This document shows, piece by piece, positions 37,048-49,200 of a stretch of DNA of 64,000 nucleotides; position 1 is the stretch's first letter; each line of letters starts with the position of its first letter. A model generated the notes under the pieces. The model did no database searches and was not told the origin of the DNA. It saw nothing but the letters and a program-made list of their open reading frames with translations. Origin of the DNA: Lama glama (Eukaryota). The stretch covers positions 76,634,001 through 76,698,000 of the forward strand of contig CM052817.1 of NCBI GenBank assembly GCA_028534125.1, given 5' to 3'. A program made the position numbers and the translations under genes.

Positions 37048-39406
37048 CAGGCACGCCTCGTTTCAGTGTGCTTCACGGCGATTGTGTGCTTCGCAAATTG
37101 AAGGTTTGTGTTAACCCTCCCTAGAGCAAGTCTGTCGGCACCATTTTTTTGACAGCATTTGCTCACTCCCTGTTTCTCTGTCATATTTCCAACTTTTTCA
37201 GATTATTATGCTTGTCATGGTGATCTCTGATCAGTGATCTTCAATGTTACAACTGTAATTGTTTTGGGGCACCACAAACTGCACCCGTATGAGAAAGCGG
37301 AACGAAATTAATAAAAGCTGTGTGCGTTCTCACTGCCCCACTGGCTGTTCCCCATCCCTTCCCTTCTCCTCGGGCCTCCCTATGCCCTGAGACACAACAA
37401 TAATGAAGTTAGGCCAGTGAATAACCCTACGGTGGCCTCTAAGTGTTTGAGTGAAAGGAGGAGTTGCCTGTCTCTCACTTCAGATCAAAAGCTAAAAATG
37501 ATTAAGGTTAGTGAGGAAGGCCTGTTGAAAGCTGAGATAGACCGAAAGTAGGCCTCTTGTACCAAACAGTTAGCCATGTTGTAAATGCAAAGGAAACGCT
37601 TCTGAAGGAAATTAAATGTGCTACTCCAGTGAACACACATATAACAAGAAAGCGAAACAGCCTTGTTGCAGCTAACCAAGGAAGTTTTAAGTGGTCTGGA
37701 TGGAAGATCAAAGTAGCCACAACATTCCCTTAAGCCAAAGCCCAATCCAGAGCAAGGTCCTCACTCTCTTCAATTCTATGAAGTCTGAGCGAGGTGAGGC
37801 AGCTGCAGAAGGAAAGATTGAAGCCAGGAGAAGTAAGCTCATGAGATTGAAGGACAAAGCCGTCTCCACAACATCGAAGTGCAAGGTGAAGCAGCAACTG
37901 CTGATACAGAAGGTGCAGCAAGTTATACAGAAGAGGTAGCTGAGATCACTAATGAAGACGGGTACATGAAACAACAGATTTTTAATTAGGTCAAACGGCC
38001 TTATATTGGAAGAAGACACCAGCTGGCACTTTCGCAGCTAAAGAGAAGAAGTCAATGCCTGGCTTCAAAGATTCAAAGTCTAGGCTGACTTTCTTGTTAG
38101 GGGCTAACCCAGCTGATGACTTTAAGTTGAAGCCAGTGTTCATTTACCATCCCCCAAATCCTAGGACCCTTAAGAATTATTCTAAATCTACTCCGCCTGT
38201 GCTCTATAAATGAAACAGCAAAGCCTAGATGACAGCAGCATGGTTACTGAATGTTAAGCCCACTGCTGAGACCTACTATTCTGGAAAAAAAAATTTCTTT
38301 CAAAATATCACTATTCATTCACAATGCACCTGGTCACCCAAGAGCTCTGATAAAGATGTACAATGACATCAGTGTTGTTTTTGTGCCTGCTAACATGACA
38401 TCCATTCTGCAGCCCTGGATCAAGGACTAATTTTGAATTTCAAGCCTTATTATTTAAGAAATATATTTCATAAGGCTCTAGCTGCCATAGATAGTGATTC
38501 TTCTGATAGAGCTGGGCAAAGTCAACTGAAAATCTTCTGGAAAGGATTCACTATTCTAGATGCCGTTAAGAACATCCCTAATTCCTGGAAACAGGTAAAA
38601 ATACCAACGATAACCAAAATTTGGAAGAAGTTGATTCCAACTCTCATGGATGGCTTTGAGGAGTTCAAGGCTTCAGTGAGAAAAGTAACACAGATGTGGT
38701 GGAAATAGCAAGAGAACTAAAATTAGAAACAGCCTCAAGATGTGACTGAATTGCTGCAATTTCATAATAAAACTGCAACAGATGAGAGGTTACTTCTAAT
38801 GGATGAGCAAAAAAAAGTGGCTTCTGAGACTGAATCTACTCATGGTGAAGATTCTATGAAGATTGTTGAAATGACAAAAAAAGGTTTACAATGGCACATA
38901 AACTTAGTTGATAAAACAGCAACAGGGTTTGAGAGAATTGACTCTAATTTTGGAAGTTCTACTGTAAGTGAAATACTATCAAACAGCATTGTATGCTCAG
39001 AGAAACTGTTCGTGAAAGGAAGACTCAGTCAATGTGGCAGGCTTCATTGTTGTCTTATTTTAAGAAATTGCCACAGTCACCCCACCCTTCAGCAACCACC
39101 ACCTACTGAGTCAGCAGCCTTTAACACTAAGACCCTTAATCAGCAAAACAGTTATAACCTGTGAAGGCTCAGATTGACAGTCAGAGCTTTTTAGCAACTA
39201 AGTATTTTTAAATTAAGGCATGTACATTATTTTTGCAGATGTAAAATACTATTGCACACTTAATACACTACAGTATAGTGTAAACATAACTTTTATATGC
39301 ACTGGGATATCAAAAAAAAAAAAGTCCTGTGGGTTATCTTTATTGTGACATTTGCTTTGTTGCAGCGGTCTGGAACTAAACCAGGAATAGCTCCAAGGTG
39401 TGTCTG
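37048..39406 (+). mobile_element. Near-full-length Tigger1 (pogo/Tc1-mariner) DNA transposon, 2359 bp
   Basis: TIRs caggcacgcctcg / ccaaggtgtgtctg, TA at the right and CA at the left, continuous resemblance to the Tigger1 consensus. Confidence 0.95.
37432..39185 (+). pseudogene. Disrupted Tigger1 transposase (TIGD1-like; CENP-B-type HTH plus DDE domain)
   Basis: ORF pieces WMEDQSSHNIPLSQSPIQSKVLTLFNSMK, LQPLDQG and FKPYYLRNIFHKALAAIDSDSSD...FWKGFTILDA. Start codon now GTG, DNAPGHP reads HNAPGHP, multiple frameshifts and stops. Confidence 0.92.
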
Positions 39407-39914
39407 TACATAATGACTGGCAATCAAGGAAACGATTACAAGGCATCCTAAAAGGCAAAAACGTGATTTGATTATTTTAGGCCTGAGTGTCAGGCGAAGG
39501 AGGTTCAGTGATTTCTCCCACTAAATACTACCCCTTTATTCCAAAGCTGTGAGAAAAAAATTCAATAAAAGTAGCTGAAAGAAATGATAGTCATCCTAAC
39601 TCTTCTAACGTGGTGTCAAAAAGCAATTTGCTCAAGGCATAGCATCCTTACAATAGATTTTACCCAGATAATTATTATTCATTTGCTTTTATTTGGAAGA
39701 TTTCATGTATTTCTTTTAAGAAGTTATTACTTTAAAATAAAAAATGACAAGTTCTTAAAAATAACTTACAGATTCATATCAGTGAATACCTCAGAGGTGG
39801 GTGGATACATTTATTAAATAGAGGAATGAGATCTGAAGCATTTTATGCAATAAATTATCTCTCATTGCCTCTCAGTCTACTTCTTCAGTTCTTTTATATT
39901 TTTTATTTCCTATA

Positions 39915-40349
39915 ATATAGATTTTTGGGGCTGCTGTAACAAATTAATACAGTGACTTAAAACAATAGAAGTGAATTTTTTCACTGTTCTGGAAGCCAGA
40001 AGTCCCAAATCAAAGTGTCAGCCAGACTGTACTCTTTCTGGAGGCTCTAGGAAGAATCTGTTTCTTGCCTCTTCTAACTTCTGGTGACTGTTGACGTTCC
40101 TCAAATTGAGGCCACGTCACTCTAATCTCTCCTTCCATATTTACACTGTCTCTGTCTTCTCCTCTCTATACCTCTTACAAGGATACATTTCATTGGATTT
40201 AGGGCCCACATAAATAATCCAAGGTGATCCTCTTATCTCAAGATCCTTAACTTAGTTATATCTGCAAAGACTCTTTTCAAACAAGGTAACTTGTAGAGGT
40301 TCTGAAAACTAAGACATGGACACAGGTTTTCACCATTCAATCCACTCCA
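39915..40349 (-). mobile_element. MLT1C-like LTR
   Basis: gggctgctgtaacaaatta...gttctggaagccagaagtcc...ctcaagatccttaacttag...caccattcaatccact. Confidence 0.88.
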
Positions 40350-40494
40350 TATACCAATATCAAGTGAGAATTACCCTGTGCTCAGCACTATTTGAAGCTA
40401 CATGAGAAGGCTTATAGAGCGATGATTATCTTCACAAATTCTTAATTTAGATCCCACCTTAGTCTTTTAAGCTAAGAACGAGTAGATTACTAAA

Positions 40495-40635
40495 ACTTAC
40501 TTCTTTATCTGTAAAATGGGGATGAATAAATCATAACTACGTCAAACATTATTTTGGGAGTTAAATAAGTTAAGAACAATGAAGCAAGTAGAACATTTCC
40601 TGGCACATATTGAGTGCTGAGTATATTTTAGCTAT
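40495..40635 (+). mobile_element. MIR fragment
   Basis: ttctttatctgtaaaatggggatg...gaacatttcctggcacatattgagtgct. Confidence 0.75.
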
Positions 40636-40730
40636 CATTTGTTCAGTAAGAAAGACACAGTCACTGATTTTAAGGTATTTTCATACCATCAGATCTACAC
40701 TAGAGGGGAAAAAGTGCAATCCCGACTTAC

Positions 40731-40804
40731 CTGGCACATATTTGGAGTTTACGGTCTCATCATGGAAGCAATATACCTTTCTAGCTATTTTTGTTTCCAT
40801 TATA
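40731..40804 (-). other. Candidate minus-strand exon (74 nt, or a longer first exon)
   Basis: Consensus donor CAG|gtaagt, acceptor ttgttttatcag, and ataATGg opening METKIARKVYCFHDETVNSKYVP. Confidence 0.3.
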
Positions 40805-40912
40805 CTGATAAAACAATGTTTGTGTCCCCTGCTTTGTAACACCTAGCAACTGAGAAAAGCAGATCAGAAGAAAGCTAAATGGCTTGAGAAAAGGAGCCTA
40901 GAATTTAAAATT

Positions 40913-40920
40913 TGACGTCA
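40913..40920. promoter_or_regulatory. Full palindromic cAMP response element TGACGTCA
   Basis: Exact 8-mer with its CpG intact in CpG-poor sequence; function not shown. Confidence 0.35.
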
Positions 40921-41229
40921 ATAACTGGAATGGATCACCCATGGGCATAGTTTTCCTTCCCCTCCCCTACTTCCTCCCAGCCTCCTTCCTTTCTGTCCAC
41001 CCCACCTTGGCATCCCACCATAGTCATCTTACCAAAGACCGTATGTTGGAAAAAGAAAAAACAATAAAGTAAAATGATAAAGTTCAAGAAAACCAAAATG
41101 GATTTGTCTTTTCCAATAAGCAGACTTTCTGGATTCACAGTTATTCTCCATTCTGCTGTGAGGCCCCCCAGCTGATGCTCACAGCAGGTGGATGCTCAAA
41201 ACAAGTCGGCTCTCACCAATTGCATGTTT

Positions 41230-42170
41230 ATACTCAGCTGTACTTGCTTCAACCCTTATTTGTTTAAGTAAACATTATGTAGATTAAAAATTATTAATGT
41301 GAAACAAAGATGGTTGTTTTTATAAAAATTAAGTTGAACTATTTAGCAACATTAGATAAATGAAAGTATGTCATTTAAAATGTTTCCAAAATAGTCTTGG
41401 CCAGATCACAATAAAAGATCAGGGGGCTGAGGAGATGAATCATAAAAATCTCAATAAATTCTGAATTCCAACAGCTTTACTTTTAAAAACTGAGACTGCA
41501 GTTTAAGCAAAAACATGTTCTTTGGAATTCTAGTCAGTGAAACCAAATCAAAGAAAAAGCTTTCATCCCATATCAAGTGATTAGCCAATGCATTAGTTTT
41601 GAGAGCTGCTGTAACAAAGACAAGCTAGGACCAAAACAGTAAAAATGTATCCTTTCTGTTTGTTTATTGGTTTGTTTTTTCCAGAGGTTATATGTCTGAA
41701 CTCAAGACGTCAGCATGTTTGGTTCCTCTTGGAGGTACTTACGGAGAATCTGTTCAATTACTTTCTTGGTGTTCCTTAGTTTGTAGATCCTCCAATCTCT
41801 GCCTCCATTTTACATGACTTTTCCGTCCCCCTCTTTTCTCTGTGTGACTGGCCTTGCCTCTTCTTAAAAGGATATTTATTAGTCATTGGATTAGAGTCTA
41901 CCATAATTGAGTGTAACCTCATCTTAATGAGACTGTATTTTCAAAAACCCTATTTCCAAATAAGGTCACATTCACATGTTATGAATGGATCTGAATTTTT
42001 GAGGAACAGTGTTCAACTGAGTACAGCTAATAAATTCTATTCGCATTCATATGTTTTAAGATAAAATCAATGCTCAAAATATGCTTCTATAAATTTTATC
42101 ACCATCTTTAAATTATTTTTCAATTAACCATATAACCACATATCTCAACTGCATTACCTAAAAAGAGTAA
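41230..42170 (+). mobile_element. Old Tigger-family fragment (Tigger13/14-like), split by the MLT1B insertion
   Basis: ggttgtttttataaaaattaagttgaactattt...acaataaaagatcagggg...cataaaaatct resembles a decayed pogo HTH N-terminus. Confidence 0.4.
41589..42025 (-). mobile_element. MLT1B-like LTR
   Basis: tgcattagtttt...gctgctgtaacaaag...accctatttccaaataaggtcacattc...gttcaactgagtaca. Confidence 0.85.
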
Positions 42171-42229
42171 ATGATTCTGATCAGAAACATATAAAATATA
42201 TAGGACTGTAATTGATCCTTACATAGAGA

Positions 42230-43700
42230 ATGTAGGGTAAGTTATATAATTTTTATTACATATTTAAGCTTTCATCTCAAAAAGAAAAAGAACAGCATAT
42301 AAAACCTAAGAAATAAAGAAGAGGGAAGAAATAAAGACAAAAACAAAGAAATAAAAATTTTAAAAATATAAAAAACAATTAAAAATCAAAAGACAAATTG
42401 GTTCTTTGAAAATATTAATAAAACCTATAAATGTTTAGGAGCAAGACTTATCAAGACAAAAGCTAAAATACAACTTTAATATCAGGGACAGAAAAGGGGA
42501 CATCACTACAGATATGACATCAGAAAGATAATAATAAAAATATGATAAATACCTTAAAGATAATAAATTTGAAAATTTATGTAAAATGGATGTTTCTCTA
42601 AAATTAAATCCCCATCTTATTGGAGCTGACAGAAGAAAGTTAAAAATCAGATTAATTTTATATCTATTTAAAAAATCAAATGTTATTAAAATCGTTGATG
42701 CAAAGAAGTCCCCTGGCAGAGATGGATTCAACAATACCTTCTTCCAAATATTTATGAGAAAAAAATCAGTCTTATACAAACCCTTCCAGAGAATAGAAAA
42801 AGAGATGACACCTCCCATCATGTTTTATAAGAAAGGCAAAAACTTAACACCAAAACTACATAAGAATATCATTAAAGGCATTATCACAGGACAATCTCTC
42901 TCCTGACTATAAATGCAAACATTTTAAGTTAAATGTCTGCAAAGTGAAACTAGTGATATAGAAAAAGAAAAATACATCATGCCAAGTGATATTTTTCTAA
43001 TGATTGAAATATGACTTTTACATTCAAAAACTAATATAATTCATCATTAACAAATAGAAAGATAGAAAAGTCCTATGATTGGATAGGTAAAGAGAAGCCA
43101 AGTAAAAACAGAACAAAATGAACAAAAACCTCTCAGCAACCTAGGACACAATAGAATTTAACCTCATAAAGACAATCCACAGACTGTCTACAACATAAAA
43201 GAAATGGGGAGGAAAAACTACTAAAAACATCATTCCTAATGATAAAACAGTGAATACTTTTCCTCTAGTTTGGTAAAAAGTGAAAAATATCACCGTTGCC
43301 TCTTTATTCACCATTACATTGGGGTTTGTAGCCAGCATAATAAAGTTAGCAAAATTTATTACGTATATAAGGATGCAGGGAAAGGAAATAAAATAGGTAT
43401 TAAGTTCATATAATTGTCTACACAGAAAAAGTAAAGAACTAGAGACATTCTCTTATAATTAATATATAAATTTTCTATAGTCTTTGGATATAAATGTGTG
43501 TATGAATGTGCACATGTATATTATATATAGTAAAATAGAAAATAAATGTTAATAACATTATTCATAATACTATCAAAAAGTCATAAAATAGAAATTGATT
43601 GGACTAAATATAAAGAAAGATATGTAGTATCATAGCACTGAAAAATTGAAGTGTATTTCCATGAAAACCTTTAAAAGACAAATAAACGTAGTTATATACA
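42230..43700 (+). mobile_element. Old L1 ORF2 fragment (RT region)
   Basis: ORF 42586-42906 contains KKSPGRDGFNNTFFQIF...LYKPFQRIEKE, matching L1 ORF2 KKSPGPDGFTAEFYQ...LFQ.IEKE. Confidence 0.9.
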
Positions 43701-43719
43701 TTCTTAATTTATCACAGAA

Positions 43720-46250
43720 TAAAGTTAAATAACATTATATCACTTCATTAAGAAGTAATTTCATTTCTCCCACCACCAGACTTTGTGTTCTTGCTGACAC
43801 ATATTTTAATTCTATGTAGGTTGCAAATTTACAATACATTTTCATTATATTTGCTTTAAACAGCCAATGGTCTTTAAGAAAATAAAATTTTTTCATTAAG
43901 CCTAAAGAACCTTCTTTAAATTTTAAGAACCTATGCTGGTGCTAAAATTTTTCACCCTTTGTTTTTGAAAACATCTTTATTTCACCTTTATTTTTACAGA
44001 ATATTTTATTTAGTATGGAATTCTGAGTTGATTTTCTTTTCCACATCTTAAAGTTGCCTCATTTTTTTTCCAGCCTTCATAATTATCCATCTTTTGTAAT
44101 GTAGCTTTTTTTTTTATCTCTGGCTACTTTTAATATTTTTTTCCTTATATTTGATTTTCAGACATTTGATTATGATGAGCTTTGGGGGTGTGAATGCAGT
44201 TAAATCTTGCTTGGGTTTAATGAGCTCATCAGATCTGTGAATTAATATCTTTCATTAGTTCTGAAAACTTCTCAGCCAATATCTCTTCAAAAATTCCCTA
44301 TCTCCCTCCCTCCCTATTTTTCTCTCATTTTCTGGAACTCTAATTACAAATATGTTAGCAATTTAATACTATCTCATAGGTATTAGAAAGCTCTGCTCAG
44401 TTTTTTTAATATTCATTTTTTCCTCTTTGAGTATTAATTTAGGTATTCTGTTTTCTTCTATTTTCTTTCTTTCACTGTGGACAGTCTGTGGTTAAGTCCA
44501 TAGAATGAATTTCTCATTTCAGATGCTTTATTTTTCTGTTCAAGTATTTTGTTTTATTTTCTTACACTTCACATTTTTCTGTTGAAATTCCCCACTTACT
44601 CACTTATGCATTTTGCTCACCTTTCTACTAGGTCATTTACTATATTAACCATAGTTATTTTAAAGTCCTTGTCTTATAATACTAATCTGTGAAACATCTA
44701 CAGATTAACTTCTATTGACTGTTTTTCTTTTATTGTTCATGATTTACATGTTCTTGTTTTATTGCATATCTGATTAATTTTATCATATATTGAAATTATG
44801 TGTTAAAGAATAAGAAAGATTAAAACCAATGATATTTAACCCCAGAAAACGACATGTTTCTTCCACTCCTGAGCTGCTTCAAGGGTGATAGAAGGAATCA
44901 ATATAACACATGCTTCAGCTGGTGCTGGGCATTGTTGCAGAGTTTTGTTAGATTCACTTCACCACTGGCTTCAAATATTTTGATTTTGAGATCAGAGTAT
45001 TTCCTTCAGCATGGCTTGGGATCTGAGCACTGGCAACTCTTGGTCTACTCTAATATTCTTCCATAATGTGGAGGTCAAGTATTCACTTGTATAAACGTTC
45101 ATTAAGCCATATGCTTAAAATTTGGGCACTTTATGTATATTTTTATTTTTAAAACGTGGCAGAACTGAACCTCAAACCCCTAAAATCTTACTCAACATGA
45201 CTAAAACCTTCCCATTGCTGCCTCTTTATCAAGTTGACAATTACCAAGGGGATTGTCTTTTCTTTTTTCATGTAATAAATATGCCCCGTGGCATCAAAAA
45301 GTCAATCTTCCTTCACCTGAAAAACATGATTTAATTATTTAAAAAACAAAACCTCACATCATCACAGATGGACAGATGCTTCAGGCCAAATGCCAGTTTT
45401 TGTCCTTTCTTAACTCTTCTGATCCACCTGTATCACAATTTCTGACCTCTGATGTTTCTTTCTCACCTCCTACCAGTTCAGTTATGCATTTAAAAAGATA
45501 TTTTAAATATATTATCCAGAATTGTTAGCTGTTCTGTTCAGGAATGGTTTACTCAGACAGCAAGTATGTCAGATGGCCAAAATTATTTTCAATCTTGTTG
45601 AATATTTGAAACAACTTATTTCATATTTTTTCTTATCTCCAGTTCATGAAGTGTAAGTTTTTTAGTTTTTATCCTCCATGGTTTATAACTTTTGATTATA
45701 AATTTCTTTTCAGTGAGGATTACTTTCTACTAGCACTCTCCAAACCCTGAGTTGTCCAGGCTGGATTTAAAGTTGCTTTTACCAGGGCCCTGTGGATTTC
45801 AACTGTTAAGAACCAGCTGCATGCCAGTTTTTTGGTTCAGTGTCCCAGAACTATGGAGATAGCTTTATACCATGTCCCACAGCAATGAGTCATACTTGAG
45901 GTTCAGATACCTCCTCGGTGAGTCTTCATCCTTCCATATCCCTACTTAGATGGCTACCTATACACAGCTTCCATGTTCCTGCCCCTACATGGGATAGTCA
46001 CGGAATCCTTGACTTACTCGGGGATATACCTGTTACCCATATTGCACAAGTTTGAGCATTAAAGTTGCATTCCTCATTTCTGTCTGAACATTAAAACCCC
46101 AACCTCAAAGACCTTTATTTGAGTCTTACAGCCTTCTGTCTCCTGCTTTGCTGCACATTGACCAAATTATCTTCCAGTTACAATTTAGTCCTAGAAATTG
46201 TTCATTCCTTTTCTTATTAAAAAAATTAAAGTATACAGCTTTAAAGTATT
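43720..46250 (-). mobile_element. Old L1/HAL1-type ORF1 and 5' fragments
   Basis: T-rich reversed ORF1 text (gaaaacttctcagccaatatctcttcaaa...tctggaactctaattacaaatatgttag); boundaries approximate. Confidence 0.65.
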
Positions 46251-49200
46251 AATATTATACCTAACACATATGTATGTGATGCGTATGTATGTATTTGCAG
46301 TGAGCGGGCTTGTGTTTCCACATTAATTGGTTGATCATATTGACTAGCATTTTGTTATATTTGTAATTTGAAATATATATATATATTTTTAGAAGCAACA
46401 TAACTGAATTCCCAGAGTTATCTTTGTTTATGCAAATATAATCTGCCAAGCATTTTCTAGTTTTAAATTGAAGCAAAATTTGGAAAGAATCCCAAGATCG
46501 TGGGCTATTCATCTTAGTCATTCACTTCATATTAACTGTAGAATACATTTTTAAAATTCTATATACCTGGAAATATGCATTGATTAGGAATTGTTTGCAA
46601 TTAGCATGAATACCTATTTTAAAAAAATAATAAAATGCATACATTTAAGGCCAATGGATAGATTTGTTTGAAAATCCTTTATTTCCCGAATCAGTTCCTA
46701 TGAAACAGAAACCACCCACTCTGCAGCCAGCAGACAAACACAGCTAATGAGCTGGTGATTTCTGTTATAAAAATTCCACCACTGCTGCCTCCAGCCTTCC
46801 TCTTAGATGTGAGCAGACATCCCCAGCCTGTGCTCACCCAACACAGTACACCAGAGCAGATCCCAGATCCCAGCTTACCTTTTATGCAAAGTGCAATATA
46901 CCCATGTGCATTTGCCTAACCTGAGCCACAAACTTCTCCCTCTTATGTTAAAATCTAACGCAGTAACTTATCTCATGGTGTTCTGTTTGTCCCTGCTCAC
47001 TCAACCCTGTAATGAGCAAAAGTTTTGCCAGCATCTGAGGCCACATCATGAGAAGTGCTAAGCTATCTTTGGGCTCCATTCTGTTTAATTTGAAACTTCC
47101 TACTCACGCAAGATGACATTTCATATGTCAGGATCAGTGGTCTATTAAGCTTAAAACTGTGAGCAGAGTGTCCCCTTCCTCTGCCTGAAAGGCTGTTCTA
47201 AGCCTTGTACATTCTTGAATGTGTTTTTCCTGTGTTCTGTAAATCCTCGAGCAAAAGATTTCCAAATGATTTACAGATTGCGTTTATGTTAGGAGCTGCT
47301 CCTTTAATTTCTGCAATTTGGCACCTAGGGCCTTTTCAAGGATGCTATAGAGGCTAGATTTCTTTCTTCAGGAGGAGTTGTACCCTTGAGGAATATTATT
47401 ATTAACTATTCTAAAAGGTCACGCTACACCATACAGTTTAGAAAAATCTACAAAAATCGCAATTTTGAGAAAGAGCAAGTTTGTATTATAAATAGAAACT
47501 GGACTCCAAACCAAGCTGTCGATTCTACTTATGAAATTTATTTTCAATGCTTTTTCAAAACATACACATAGGATTTCCACAAATGTATTAGTTCTCCATG
47601 AAGGATCACATTGTGATATATGTTTGACCCCCCATCTCGTCTAGAACACACAGTGCACTTCATCTGTTCCTAGCACTCTGTTTTGTTTACTTCAGGTGAG
47701 AGCAGAGACTCAAATCCTCTTTTTTGTTTTAAAGCTCCAACCCCAGTGAGTCTTTCAGGATAAGGACCTACTTCCACCCTCAAATGTCTTCCAAAGCAGT
47801 GTTGTAAGTCGTCTGTTGACATTCCTACCCAACAATAGGTTTGTTAAAACCTCCACTGGAATGGCTGCATGTGTCTTAAAGAAAATAAAAATATAGGTGG
47901 GGATATTTTCAAGAATTTAAAAGGCATGGAGTTAGAAGTTATACCTGTATCATGTGCTTGGTTTAAAATATTAATTTAATACCCTGGACTATTGACTGTC
48001 TCATCTAAGAGTATAAGGCATTTCTGAGCGTTCCAAAATGTGAAAAGTCAAAAAAATGACTTGCGGTGGTGGGCAGACACCTGGGTGAAATTCTAGTAAA
48101 TTAACTGCTTAGACAGGCACATTTATGCTTTCACATGAGTGACGTACTAAAAGCTTTCTACAAGGATGACCAGACTGAATTGAAAAGTCCCATTCAAGCC
48201 AGAGTGTATTTTATTTGGGACCACTTCAGGCTGGTGATATTTCTGAGGACTTTCAAGTGGGCTCAATACACTGAACAGATTTGTGAAGAAAATTAGATTC
48301 TGATCTTATTCAGCTTTTCGGTGGAATAACCCAAGTTAACATATCTATTACAGAATCCTAAGAAGTTGCTGATAGCCAGATGCTATTGCTAGCTCTTCTT
48401 CTTTGGTGATTTACAATAAGCAAAACGGATTTCAGTCACTATGAAATGAGAGTATTATATCTGTCTATCAAACTGTCTGTCTTAGAGTATACATACACAC
48501 ACAGACACACTTTCTAAATGGAGAGTTATTAAACTTGAATCTAATTGATTTTCTCTCATCTTTTAACTGAAAGAATTTATTTTTCTCAAGTTGGTATTAT
48601 TCCCCAGAGAAAATTTTCTAACCAGTAAGCTTCCATAAAGGCCTGATAGTCATTTTTTACATTCTTCTAGTTTGTCCCTTTACTGCTTATTTAGAGAGAG
48701 ATTATTCTGCATTAGACCTTTCCTATCTGATACCTCAAAAAAGTCAAAGTGATGAATTATTTTTCTAAAAATATTTTCTACAGTAGAGTGAGGATTTACA
48801 AACACTTGAGAATGGAGTATAAGAACAGTAAGATGAAAAGGGGAACCAGCCACATTCTTAGATAGTTTATAATTGTGCTTCATTAATATTATACAGACAC
48901 TATTCCAAGATCAACTGGTGAACTGCCTTCCATTTTTCCTTAAAGTTTTCCTAGGTTCCTGTTTGTTTATTACAGAACAAAATGTTTTCTTTGCCATCTT
49001 AGCTCACTGCACTAAAGCAACAAAACCACATAAAGAGAACCCTGCCTTTCTATAGTTTCTTTATATTGAGTGGACAAGTTTAAATACGTTGGATGCTTAA
49101 AAGCGTATAATTTTTTAAAGTACCATTTTCTGTTATATCTGCTTTGTTGGAGGCAAAACATTTTTTAGAAAGGAAACATTTCTCACTGATGACCTTTTCG

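Noticed and set aside
37691..39164. Transposase ORFs as a functional TIGD-type gene
   Set aside because: Fragmented by frameshifts and stops, start codon lost, a catalytic Asp replaced, and still enclosed by TIRs.
42435..42906. 128-aa and 106-aa ORFs
   Set aside because: Sense and antisense frames of a decayed L1 ORF2.
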